Part shown: piece after piece, positions 39,150 through 52,474 of the stretch
How the letters are laid out: each line of letters begins with the position of its first letter
How positions within the stretch are numbered: the stretch's first letter is position 1
Origin: the human T2T-CHM13v2.0 reference genome, Homo sapiens
Assembly: GCF_009914755.1 (NCBI RefSeq)
Contig: NC_060932.1
Reading direction: 5' to 3' (one strand)
DNA: 64,000 nt
Program-made: the position numbers and the translations under genes
Notes under the pieces: generated by a model
What the model saw: only the letters and a program-made list of their open reading frames with translations
Told to the model about the DNA's origin: nothing
Database searches by the model: none

Positions 39150-40794
39150 AAAGATAATTTCTGTGAATTTATAATTACTTCTAGCCTTCTATGATCCTTA
39201 TTTCATGCAACAACTACCTATCTAGTTTTTCAAGTAAGACACTCAGAAGAAACTGTAATATTGGCAGATATTTCTCATAGATACATATAATCTCAGTCTT
39301 ATTAACTCCTTTCTTCTTCCTAGTCTCATAAATCCACTTCTTTATTTTTATGTATATGGCTTTAAATCAGCCTTTTACCACCTTCAAATATATTCAGTCA
39401 AACTCCTCTAGTCAAAAGTTTGTATTACTTATCCCTAACCTTTCAAAGTTCTATTAATGCAAACACAGCTCTTCACTATCTTGGCCCCTGTTTTCCAGCA
39501 TAATCTGACATCTGTGAGCTTCTCCTTGGCAGAGACTTGGGCTTATTCATCTCTGTCACCCTAGCACCTAGGATAGTGTCTGATAAATAACAGCTATTAG
39601 GAAAGAGAACAGTGGATGAATAATATATAAACAAATGAATGGATTTTAATAGGACAGTCCAAACATATCTGATTCTTTTCTGGCAGTGTTTATTGGCACC
39701 TATTTTGGAAAGAATCAACAAGCCCTCAAGTAAACAAATAATAAGCTTCACCTAATTCATATTTTAATAAGAATTTACTGTATAAACAGATTATCATAGA
39801 TAATTCTGACATTTTATAAACCTGATTATCATATTATATTAGATAAAATTAGCACATTTTCTTCAGTAACAAAACTTATGGAAGTATCTTCCGTGCATAA
39901 ACTTAGAAAAGTGTTTGAATTTAATACCTTAGCTGCTTCATATGTCTGACCACTCATTTGTAACCATCAAATAAACACTTCTGAAATCCAGCCTCCTATT
40001 TAACTTCATGGTATCTGCATCCCAAAAGATTATGAAAGTGATTATTTTGTTTGGAAGAAAAGAATTACATCCTTTTGGACGATTGTCATCAGTCTCTTGA
40101 AGTCATTTAATATGGTGACTCAAAGGCATGTAACATGTAGTCATTCTACTTTATGGGCCAATATAGATTTGATTCATTCATTATTCATCTGAATTTAGTG
40201 AGTGCTTATTGGATTTGATGAAATCTGAGGATTTAGAGATGAGTAAGAAACAATTGCTTTGTTAAACACTGGGCTTCAGAGCAAGATGAGAGTCTTGCAA
40301 ATCCTATTGACCAAAAGGTAACTGTGGTCATAGATGTTATGGGAAGAATGTATACAACAGGCTCCTTTTAGAAATTCATGGTCTTCATTGACACATTAAA
40401 GTTCTGATAAGTTATAGTATTAAGAGACCAGTTTGGCTTAGTTTGACTCAGTCCTTCTGATATTTATTTAATAACATATATTTTATAAGGAATTTTTAAT
40501 CTATTTTCTTAAGTTTTTACATTCTATAGTGTTAGCACTGTATTAGTAATATGAGATGATACACTTTAAGTTACTTTATAATAACAAACTGTATGAATTT
40601 GTTGGTGGCAAATAAGAAGTAACACATGTGGAATGGTCAAAAATAATTTATCTCTGAATCCACTGGAATATCTGCTGTTTTCCCATAATACCGTAAGTGA
40701 ACAAGATCAATATGTACACTACATATTTTAGCAGAAACAAGCAAAAGACCCAGTCTTTGTGTTATGAATGATTTTTATTAGGATGAATACATTG

Positions 40795-40834
40795 GATTTA
40801 TTTTAACATTCTAAGATTTATTTTAACATTCTAA
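40795..40834. repeat. Perfect 20-bp tandem duplication
   Basis: GATTTATTTTAACATTCTAA repeated twice. Confidence 0.95.
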
Positions 40835-42609
40835 TGGATTCGATATTAGATGAGTAGAAAAGCCTCACTCTAAGAGGTGCAAAATGCAGAGAGTGATGGA
40901 TGTCTTTAGCTCTGAAGCTAGAGCAATGATTTACATGCCAATTTCTGAATATTAAGAAGTAAAATATTAGTTTTACTTTTTATGTTCGAGGTTTATGCCT
41001 TCTATAGTTAATACTCTTTTCATGCTGTTCATTTGAGAAAGGAGCAATTGTTATGAATATCGCAAATCTGCATTTCAAATGCATAGTGTATATGAGATAT
41101 ATGGGTTACACCAGAATATAGAATATTGATTTTCGCTATAACACATTTTTTTAGTTGCTTATAACTTTCTAAAAAAAAACCACCCAGTTCAAAGAAATCC
41201 GTCTTTGACTTCAGTATGTTCTTTTTTAAAAGAAATGTATGACTTGTATAATTCAAAGCCAATGGTAAATTTAAACTTTCAAATCCTAGGAAGATGCTAT
41301 ACACGTTTCATTATGTATTATGGAAATTCTATTTTATTCAGAACTGTACTACCTCTCAACAGTATACATGAACTTAAAAAAAGATGTGGTATCCTCATCA
41401 AATAATATTTAGGCACATCAATTTTTCATGTATCCATATATCCTTAGAAATGTCTTTAAATGTCCTCAGAATAGTATTTATAAGTATATATTTTATATTT
41501 TTGTATGTATACTTCAAACCAGTTGACTGAAGTTTAACTTAGTTCAGAGAGCCTAAACATGAGCATTTTTTCCTTTTTAAAATTTTACAAGAAAATAATT
41601 TTTAGAATGCTTATTCAGTTATGGTTATTGAGCTATCTGGTTTCTCTTATAACGTTCACAAGTTTTGCTCCATTTATTATTTAAAGAAAAAAATTGAGAT
41701 TATTTTTAGATAAGTGAAAAGTGCAGATAAGTGATAAATACTGTGTAATTCACTAATATAGAAATGACAATGTTATTTTGTAAATCATAAGTTGTTTGAA
41801 TATCAATGTCTATGTAACCATTTACCTATGTGTGTGTTGCTCCAAATAATTATAAAAAGGGATAATATCATTCACAAAACTTTTAATAGAGTATGTTTAG
41901 GTGTCTCTGTATGGTGGTATGTTATTCTAGGAGTCATTGGAGGTGGAGTCTTTCACTGCACAAATGCTACATAATGTATTTTGATGTCTTGATTATCTTT
42001 AAATGTTACCTCCTCTCCTCTTCCCCTTTCTTTCAATATTCCCACCTCCCTGTCTTATTTCAATTACAAATGAAAGAGACTCAACTGCAAAAAGAAATTA
42101 ATTAGAAAATTTTCAAGAGAATCCAATGTTATCTTTGTAAGCTTGGGGTAAAATGTGATGAAGAGTATCATAAGCATACAAACTAACTTTTTCTTTTATA
42201 AGATGGATCTACATTATTTATTCAAATCATCTCCCCTCTCAGTCCAGAGAAGTATACTGCTTAAAAAATATTTTTTAAAAACCCAACAATTTAACATAAG
42301 TTATGACCAGAGGTATAAAGGGTTTGGAACTCAAAGATACTATAAATAGATCCCATTGGTGGCCACAGGTCACTCATCTATGTGACTGTGTAACACACTG
42401 GCTCTGTGCTTTCTCAACTGCTCCGGCAAAAGATGACTATTGAGTTAAATAGAGGTTTTCCAATAAAAGCATATTCTTCTTAAATCATGGAAATATTTCA
42501 CCTCAACTATTAGAAACTAAAATAAAATGTCCTAGAATCAATAGAACGGATTTTTCTGAGTCCTTGATCTTTCTTGACTTTCCTGAAAGAGAGACCACTC
42601 TCACTAAAT

Positions 42610-43085
42610 TATATATGTAGAATTATATACACACACACACACTTTTTTTTCAAAAGAAATGCGTGCACATTAAAAGAAAGGCCAGAGAGCTCAATACCCT
42701 TAACCAAATAAGCATTTAAAAATTATTTTCATGTAAAATTTTAAAAAGAAAAAAACTCAAAAATTTTTCTATAATTTTTATAGATATAAAATTATCAATA
42801 TAAATATACAAATTATATATATTTTATATATAGAATTTTATGTATATTTATAAATACATAAAATCATAGAGAAAATTATAAAATTCTCCAGTATATGTAT
42901 ATAATTTATACAATTATATATTAAATATAGAATTCTCTATATAGAGAATATATATATTTATATAGAGAATTCTAATTATATATAATTATATATAATATGT
43001 AGAGAAAATTCTCTATAATTACAGAGATAATAATAGAAAATTTTATTGAGATTATATAACATATATAATGACACATATAATTTAG
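42610..43085. repeat. AT-rich low-complexity / degenerate (TA)n region with a short (CA)n
   Basis: Composition and TATA/AGAG repeats visible directly. Confidence 0.85.
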
Positions 43086-45599
43086 TGAGATTGTTTTTTA
43101 CTGAGTCAGAATTTTCTATCTTCTTTTAGATTCTCAAACAGTTCTAGCACAGAATAAATATTAGGATCCACAACAATAAAAGGAAACCCCATCCGGCCTG
43201 TTGGGCAAATCACATGCTATAGCTTTAAGTGGAGACACAGAGTAAAAGTCAACGCTGATAAAATGCAAGGAAGAAGTCTAAGGCTGACTTTGAGCTAGCT
43301 CTGTATTTTCCTACGAGAAGTGTGTTTTATTTGCAGTCATTTATAACAAGTGTTTGTTTCATGAATCTAATTGCTTTTTGTTTTCCAAGAAACAACTCTT
43401 ACGGATCATGTTACTTCATAAGTTTGACCTGCCTTATGTTACTTGAAGAATGTTCGTGGGATATTCATATTTCCTACTTTTGCAAGATTTTTTACTTGTT
43501 GTTCTTCTTCTCTTATCTATATATACTACATTTGTCATTGGAAACTTTCTCTTCTAAAACCCTTGCTAATCACAGAAACCTTTTGTTTTTCTGACATCCT
43601 TGGAAAAATTAGTCTGAAGACTTATACTGGAAACATTAACTGTAATCTTTCTTTTTTAAACATTGTTGCGCTGTCTCCTATCTTCCTCCAGTATATGGAA
43701 CTTCACTCATTTTATTATTAGTGAAACTATTGTCATTATGGACATCAAATAACTCTTGTCACTAACTCAGATCCTACTGAGGCACTTAGAGCTATTTGTC
43801 TGTCCATTAAATGGCTTCAGAAAGCAGATTTCTCGTGCCTTTGTTGGGTATTTTACCTGCATCATTTCTTGCAGTTGGTTTGTTACTGCTTGCTGTTATC
43901 AAAACTTTTCTGGCAGCTAAGCTGCTCTGAGCTTGGGACATGATCTCAGGAAGAAATTTGCATTGCATAACATAATATCAATAGGTATAAAATAAAAACA
44001 GGTGGGTCTCACTGTAAGTAAAATGCATGAAATTTATTAAATATGGAGACAACTGTGTGGTAAAATCATAGTATAACTTTGGTGCTAAACTTCTGAATAT
44101 GATTTCATATTCCGTCATAGGCTAATATCTTTCAGAAGATTTTTTTTCACATTTGAAGTAGTGCGTCACGTTTATGTAAAAATGTAAAACCTATAAAATA
44201 CCTATTTTTGTACATGAACAGAGCATACATTAAAATATAAAATTAAAGATGGTAAGGAATATACCACTCTTCTGATAATAATCACCTTTGAATGGAGAGG
44301 AGAGATGGGCCTCAAATTTATCTGTAAAACTTTTAAAAGTAAAACAATAAATAGATAAGCATAGAGAAAAATCTCGACAAAAATGTAGACTCCAACTCTG
44401 AGAAAGAGTACGTATTTCTTGTAGTACTCCTCCAAATTCATTTTTTCAAGATTTTATTTTTCATCAAACATAAAAATAAATGTAACTATGAGTCAAATAC
44501 TTACAAAAATCATATAAACAAAAATTGATTTTAAAGGGATCCTGTTTTAACTATGTCAGTTGGTATGTGTACCATGTATATATTTATATTTTTAGAACAT
44601 TATATTATGATTGATGTTTGTTTCAATAATACCTAGTGTACAGGTATCATTAATTGACTTTCTACAGTGGGAACGATGTGTTCAACTTCCTTAGAGCTTT
44701 TCCCCTCAGCCCTGCCTGTAAACACAGCCACACACATTTCTCTTAATCCCATCTTTTTAATATTTAGCAATAATTTTTGTGAAAACAATTCACTATTTTT
44801 ATTATTATGATTATGTAAACATTCACAGGTGAATCACAAAATATACCATATTTCATTTATTTTACAAGTTTTCTTGTTTGAGTAGTATATAATTATCTCT
44901 CTTCTCTCTGGCTGTGCATGCATTTGTGTGTGTTTTTAACTTGTTTGCTTGAAAAGTAACTATCCTTGATTTTTTCAAATGCTTGTATTTTCTCTCAGCT
45001 TAATATTCTGAAGTCATTGTATTCCTAGAATCTTGTATAATTCAATTTCAATTTGGACCAGCTGTTCTCTAGGTCCGCTGAACTTTTGTCATCAAATTTT
45101 CTTTCACTAAATCTTGTAGATTACTTCTATTCTGCCACAGAACCCTTAGATCCTCAAGCCTATAATTTACTCCTTTCCAGCTTTCTGATATGTCTTGGAG
45201 AAGCACCCCTCTCAATAATTTACCCAAAGAAGAAAATAATTAATTTAAAAATCCTTACTGAGACCAAACTTCTGCATAATAAACAAAAGACAGATTATAA
45301 CTTTTTTGGTTATTGTCCTGATGCTCTACCAGTTAATCATGAAATGTGTGTTTAACTTCTTTCTGTGTTAGCATGCATATGGTTTAAATTTTCATAATTA
45401 GCAGAACCCACTTTGCCAGGGAATTGTTTACAGTAAGATATTACATGCAAAATCTTAGAATAGTGCCTGCCACAGAAGAGTTCAGAAAGTATTAGCCATT
45501 AAAGTTAGTGATAATATCTATTGAAATGTATTCGTGAGATCTTCATTTTATATTAGATATTGAAATTTGATATTGGACTTTTAAAACTTTCTGAATTCA

Positions 45600-46404
45600 A
45601 ATTTTTAACAGCTTCATTAAGGTAATATTCACACACCATACAACTCACTCATTTAAAATGTACATTGTAATTAAGTGTAGTCACAGATATTTGCATCCAT
45701 CTGCACAGTCAATTTTAGAACATTTTATCACCTCAGAAAGAAACCCATTACCTTTTAGCTACTTCCCCAATCCCTGGTCCTCCCAGCCCTAGACAACTAC
45801 AAACCCATTTTTCTCTGTATAGACATTTAGTATGTACAGAATCATTCTAATATGTGTTTTTTGGTTTTTTTGTGTGTGTGTCTGTGTGACTGGCTTCTTT
45901 CACCTAATATAATGTTATCAGGGTTCTTCCATATTGTAGCATGTATCAGTATTTCATTCCTTTTTATCATAGAATAATGTTCCATTGTTTGGATATAATA
46001 CATTGTCTTTATCCATTTGACACTTGAGAATGCAAGGTGTTTCTATCTTTTGGCTATTACAAATAATGTTGCTGTGAACATTGGCATGTAAGTTTTGTGT
46101 AGAGTTATGCTTTTATTGGTCTTGGTTATAGACATAGGATTGGTCTTGCTGGGTCACAAGGTAGCTCTACGTTTAACCTTTGAGGAACTGGTAGACTGTA
46201 TTCCCACCAGCAGTATGTGTGGGTTCTGTCTCCATATCTTCGGCAACACTTATTATCTGATTTCTGCTTCTAGCCATGCTAGTGCATGTTCAGGGCTATC
46301 TCATTATGGTTTTGGTTGATTCGCATGTGTCTAATGACGATGTCATACAGCTTTGCATGTGCTTATTGGCAACTTGTGTATGTTTTTGAAGAAATGTCTA
46401 TTCA
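45600..46404 (-). mobile_element. Old L1MA/MB 3' end; resumes at 55382-55600 after the nested L1PB
   Basis: Antisense L1M 3'UTR/ORF2 end; ...GAAATGTCTATTCA continues as ...TGTCTATTCAAATTCTCC at 55372 onward. Confidence 0.8.
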
Positions 46405-47889
46405 TCCCAGAGGTTTTCATAGGTTGTGTCACTATCATCATTCAGTTCGAAGAATTTTTTTTTTAATTTCCATCTTGATTTCATTTTTGACCCAATGATC
46501 ATTCAGGAGCAGATTATTTAATTTTCAGATATTTGCATGATTTTGAAGGTTCCTTTTGGAGTTGATTTCCAGTTTTATTTCACTGTGGTCTGATTGAGTG
46601 CTTGATAATAAATTCAAGAAAATTTAAATTATGAGGCCGATTTTGTGGCTGACAATGTGTTCTGTTTTGGAAAAAATTCCATGTGCTGTTGAATAGAATG
46701 TACATTCTGCAGTTGTTGCAAAGAATGTTCTATATATATATCTGTTAATATAGTTTAAATCCACTGTTTATTGACTTCATCTTGATGACCTGTCTAGTGC
46801 TGTCAGTGGAGTATTGAAGTCCCCCACTATTATATTGCTGTCTATCTGATTTGTTAGCACTTTGGGAGCTCCAGGGTTAGGTGGATATGTGTTAGGATTG
46901 TGTTATTTTCCTGTTGGATAAGGACTTTTTTTTTTTTTTTTATTAATGTCGCTGTCTTTTTTAACTGCTGTTGCTTTAAAGTTTGTTTTGTCTGACATAA
47001 GAATACCTACTTCTGCTTGCTTTTGGTGTCCATTTGCATGAAATGTTTTTTTCCACCCCTTTACCTTGAGTTTATGTGAGTCCTTATGTTTTAGGTGAGT
47101 ATCTTGAATTACGTTGAATTGATGTGAGTCCTTAAGTTTTAGGTGAGTATCTTGAAGGCAGCAGATAGTTGGTTGGTGAATTAATAACCATTCTGAAATT
47201 CTCTTTTAAGTGGAGCATCTAGGCTGTTTACGTTCAATATTAGTATTGAGATGAGAGGTATCATGCCATTCATTGGGCTGTTTGTTGCCTGTATACCTTG
47301 TTTTTTTTTTGTTTGTTTGTTTTTTAAATTGTATTTTTGTTTTAGAGGTCCTGTGAGATTTATGGTTTAAAGAGGTTATGTTTTAATGTGTTTCTGGGAT
47401 TTGTTTCAAGATATAGAGCTCTAACAGGAAGATTCATAGCCCTAAACAACTATATCAAAAAGTCTGAAAGAGCACAAACACACAATCTAAGGCCAGAGTT
47501 CAAGGAACTAGAGAAACAAGAACAAACCAAACCCAGAAGAAAGGATATAACCAAGATCAGAGTGCAACTAAATAAAAAAAAAAAAAACAAACAAAGAATA
47601 ACACAAGAGATAAATGAAACAAAACATTGGTTCTTTCAAAAGATAAATAAAATTTATAGACCATTAGGAAGATTAACCAAGAAGAGAGGAAAGAAAATCC
47701 AAATAAGCTCAATAATAAATGAAATGGGAGATGTAAAGAAATCAGTAGCTCTTCTACACACCAACAGCGACCAAGCTGAGAATCAAATCAATAACTCAAC
47801 CCCTTTAAAATAGCTGTGAAACAAACAAAAATTTGTAATATACCTAACCAAGGAGGTGAAAGACCTTTAAAAGGAAAACTACAAAACAC

Positions 47890-48398
47890 TACAGGGGTCC
47901 GTCCCACAGACCCTGACCCAACAACAGATGAATAACGTACACTGACACAGATATTCTGCCTGTCAGTCTGGCTAAGGGTCTGGGCCCCTCACAGACGCTA
48001 AGGAAAGTGTGTAAAGAGTAGCAGCCACCGCCCTGATCAGCCAGTGAAGCTCGCATTTATTCATTACAGATTAAAGGTCTTCAGTAAACACTACTAGAGG
48101 GTAATTGACCTAGTTGCCGATTACCCATCCCCACTCCTGGTAGAAAGCAATTACGCAACCACAGTTGATCAAAGCTTAGTCTTAAGACCACATGAGTAAA
48201 CAAAGTATTTAGATAAACTACTGTACATTCCTTTGTACCTACTTGGAGCTATTTAGTCAAGGTAAGGATTAGACTGCTTTCACCCATAACCCTATCCTGA
48301 GACTTTTGTAAAACCTTCCAGCCTTCCAAGAAGATTTCTCTCTATATCCTATAACTCCATCTTAAAATTTTTCCCACCAGCCTGACTGAACTCCCACA
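47890..48398 (-). mobile_element. 3' LTR (LTR22 family, different subtype from provirus A)
   Basis: Homologous to 53210-53710; adjacent PPT AGAAAAGGGGGAGA. Confidence 0.9.
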
Positions 48399-48399
48399 T

Positions 48400-50250
48400 C
48401 TCCCCCTTTTCTGTTTTATTGCCTTGGGTTCTGTTGACTGAAGCATACAGATGTGTGTAGCAACAGGTCTGTGGGGCAAGGCGGTCATTGCTCTTATTGC
48501 GACTTTGCATCCTAGAAATAGCAAATAACATAAGACAATCTTGAGTATAATTAGCAACATTCTTTTCCAGTCAAAGAGTGACCCCCAGAAGCAGAGGTAT
48601 AACCAGGAAAGATGATCTCACACACCCTTCCGTATGGCTGTTTGTTGGGTGTATAGATCTGTAGTGGGAAGGGATTCTAAAATTTTAGTTTTAAGTTGCT
48701 TTACATCTGCTGTTGAATTGTCATGAAAGGTTCCCCAGAGGTGTTGTTTCACCTCATCCCAATTATGTATTGATTGATTCCATGGAAGAGAAGTGACACA
48801 GATATGTTTATGCTCCCAGTCGTAGTTTAATTGCTATCAGAATGCCAGGGCATCTTGTGACTCCCCCACATATTCCAAGCCAGCCTCGAGGGCTTGCAGA
48901 CATGTAAGTATCTTTTGATCTATACCCTGCTGTAAGAGAAGTTCGTTAGACACATTTCGGGCTAAATTATCTACAATAGCAGCTGTTTGTACTGATTCAG
49001 TAATAGATGGTATAGCCACACTAGCACTTGCTGGGATGACTATGGCTAAGATTATAAAGGCTATAAGTGCATCTATGAATCTTTTGGGTCTGACCTGGGT
49101 TAGGGCATGTTCTAAGAAGGCAAAGGCAGAGAAACCTCGCCATTTGCATGTCAAATTGACTGGTAATAATGCCTCAGATTGTCTCAATACCATGACACTA
49201 GCAATAATTAGACATATTGTCATGAGGGAAACCAAGCCTCTCCCTGCACCTGGGTCAGCAACACAGTTTTGAGGTGTAATGGAAATAACAGTTCCCATAA
49301 GGAAAACATATGGATGGGGAGTGCAAATTAGGGACTGAACAGTGTGATTATGAATAAACGTTATCGTATAGTTGTGACTGGAATCATGATATGTCCCATG
49401 CTGAGATGCTGAGATGCCCCAGGTACCATGAAGTGTCTTGGGCTGGCATGGACTTTACTTGGGGTCTGGGGTATCTCATCCCCTCATCAGCCCAAATCAT
49501 AGGGGAATATGATGAGGCTATGAAACTGGGATTGATGACATTATGGATGAGGACATCAGTAAGTTGGCCCTGCAAACGGCCACAGGGGCTCCAGTCTAAG
49601 ATGTTATAATTGCCTAACTGGAGGCTATGGGCTTGTTCCCCATGACAGACCTCCCAGCTAAAGTGCAATCCATTACTTTCCCAGCTTTGTTCTTTAGCAC
49701 AGGAAGCAATGTTTGGAAAAGCAGCACTGATTGCATTACCTGGTTTGAGGCTACCTGCAACTAAGACTTTTAAGGCTTTTTTTTTTTTTTTTTTTTTTTT
49801 GCCATAATACAGCCTTAATTGTGTTTGGGCAGATACACAATAAGGATTCGAACCTTTATAACTTACACAGCGAGAGGATAGTGGAGTGACAGGTAGTGTT
49901 ATCTGGCACCTTAGTCTAATGTGTGCCATGATTGAGGGACCCCACTGGGGGCAAATCTATCCCTCCTAGCCAAGGAGTCACATTATTAAAGGCTGAGCAG
50001 GGGGTGTCTGCCCAGGTGACAGGGTAAAAGAAAAATATGAGCCCAATAGAGTGTAGCAGGTACAGGTTGCAGACAAAGTGAAAACACAGAAAGGATCAAT
50101 ATCCTAGGTGAGTTGCAATGTACAACAGAAACCATAGCAAGGAGTAAATTATCTGGAGTGAACAGTGTCTGTGTCTGGAGCAGGATTCCTTCAGCATCCC
50201 CAGGTAACATCCAGAGCTTATGTCGACCGTGGAAGCCACATCGTCCGGGG
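48400..50250 (-). pseudogene. env: env of provirus B, disrupted
   Basis: Signal peptide (TPDNLLLAMVSVVHC), SU fragments, furin site RPKR followed by fusion peptide FIDALIAFIILAIV, heptad repeat, membrane anchor MLLIILKIVLCYLLFLGC. Confidence 0.9.
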
Positions 50251-52050
50251 CTGTGGGTCCTGCAGGGTCAGTTCCTAGCCATGCCATGGTATGGGTTGAT
50301 GCATTGGGCTAGAATCCAAAGAGGACCTGAGGGGGTGTGGACACAAGCATACCCTCTTCCCCGTGTTAATTCATTTGGACCATACCATACATTACTGTTT
50401 ACATCTTTCCATAAAACTGCAGGTTTTATGTCTTGAGAAGTTTTAACAAAGTGCTTTTCTATAGGTGATTGAAATTTGTCATCTAAATTTAGAAAATTAA
50501 GGGTAAATAAGGCTTGTCCCAATAGTGTTGCAGGGTCTTTACCCATACTCCTCCTTTTTTGAGCATTTTTTTAAGGGTGGAGTAGACACGTTTTACTATG
50601 CCTTGTCCTTGGGGGTTATATGGCATACCAATGGAATGTTAGATGTTTCATGTATGACAGAATTGTTGAAATTGTGAGCTGGCATAAGCTGGACCATTAC
50701 CAGTTTTAACTTTTGCATTTATGGGATGGCCCACAAAAATTAGAAGATGTTTAATGACATATCGAGTGGACTCTCCAGGAAGGGCGTGTGCACTAATTAG
50801 ATGAATGTTGGTATCAATTGATACATATACATATCTTAGTTTTCTAAATTCAGGGATGTGTGTAACATCTGTTTGCCATAATTGTTTAGGTTCACCTGTT
50901 GAAGGAAGGGATGTGCCTGTGAGCTGGCAATCTGGGCATTGCAGGATAATTTGTTTAGCTAGTCTTTGAGTAAGTTGAAATTGTTCAGTAAGTTTCTCTA
51001 GTTTCGGTGAAGAATTGATGTGATTCAGTGGCTTGGTCAAGCAGTGATGTCATAACTTGGAGGTCTGCTTGATTATTGCCATAAGCCAAAGGGCCAGGCA
51101 GTGAGCTGGGGGCTCAAGTGTGCGTAATAAAAATAGGATGTGCATGTTGATCTAGCAGTTGCTGAAGTCAGAGAAAAAGAGCACACAGGGCAGGCTCCAG
51201 AGTGGACTTAATTCGGGTTGTCTCAAGGTTCTGCAATAAATAAACAGAGTAAGCAGAGTCACTCACAATATTGATGGGCTGACTGGAACATTTCCAATGC
51301 CAATATCAGGGCCCCAATCTCCGCTCTCCGAGTGCTAGTAAACCCAGATCAAGTGATTGAATTACCTGGTCTCCACCAGACTGCCACTTTTCCATGTTTA
51401 CCTGAACCATCAGTAAACAGTGTTAAAGCATTAGATATGGGGAAGTGAGCTATTTTTGTAGGCAAGATTACAGGAGTACAAGATAAGAAATGAAGGAGTT
51501 TATCAGCAGGAAGGACATGCTCTATTTGTCCGATGTGATCAGAGAGTGCTATTTGCAAATCTATAGATACTGGCAATACTGCTTTGAATTGCTTTTTACT
51601 TAAAGGAATCCTAATATTAGAATATAACCTAGCAACAGAGTGCATCGTTTGTGACCTGAATGGATGACTTTCCTAAGGAACTGGATATAGGGAGACAGTG
51701 TTTTAGTTCCGGTATGTGAGCAAAAAAACCCATTCTAGTAAGCGTAGCCCTGAGGTGATCTGTCCTATTAACACTGAAAGGGAGTGTTTGGTGGCAAAAA
51801 TAAACAGATGACTTGAGTAGCCTGGATCTATGCTATCTTGTTGCCTTAGAGAGATAGCTTGTTCTATTTCCTCGATTTCCCTTTTTGCTGCTGGGGTTAA
51901 ATGTTTGGGAGAATCTAGGGTTTTATTGCCCTTTAAGATAGAAAACAGATTTTGCAGCTTAGTAGAATTTGTAATTTCTCTCCCTTTAAAGGTTACTGCT
52001 TTACTTAAATTGGATTTGGAGAGAGCTAACAGCTGTGGCCATTATCAGAA
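50200..52050 (-). pseudogene. pol: pol of provirus B with the RT catalytic core deleted
   Basis: IN (CPDCQ, LWQTDVTH, GNGPAY, RGRGY), RNase H (LFTDGSG); the RT N-terminus is fused to the RT C-terminal part at ~51967. Confidence 0.88.
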
Positions 52051-52056
52051 ATAGGT

Positions 52057-52474
52057 CTTTCAAATTTTTAAAGTTTACTTAAATCTTAGCAGAGAATTAT
52101 AATCTGGAATGTTCTTGTATACAAAGAACACATGAAATTTTGCCATGGGTTGCCTGCGGAGATGGAGAGCTGAGCAGGCAGGTCCCGGGGCAGCAGCTGT
52201 GTTGCACTTGCTTAAGCGCTGCTGCTTTTTGTCTGCGCCGCTTTTCACCTGTGCCACTCCCTCACCCTTCCTCCAGAGGGCTGCTGCTGGCCAGGTGGAC
52301 CTTCCTGCGCATGCCTCCTGCATCTCCCCAGAAGGCTAGCTCCAGTGCACTGGGCCTGGCTTCCCATCCCCACTGCCACTTCGCAGGTAGAACTCACCAG
52401 TTCTAGGTTTGTGAGCTTTCCCACCGCCGAGCATTCCTTTTTGCCTACTGGTCACTTGGCCGCAAGGCTCCTGC
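52057..52474 (-). other. Non-retroviral insert within provirus B; candidate transduced cellular mRNA 5'UTR (NCK2-like by recollection)
   Basis: GC-rich, no retroviral motifs, absent from provirus A, no poly(A) or TSD of its own; viral sequence resumes on both sides. Confidence 0.65.

Noticed and set aside
37900-45500. Many short ORFs in AT-rich sequence
   Set aside because: Low-complexity F/L/I/K-rich translations with no recognisable domains; only degenerate L2/MIR-like traces.
49777-49800. Poly-Lys tract in the env ORF
   Set aside because: Slippage expansion of an A-run in a disrupted env; no sign of an insertion or function.
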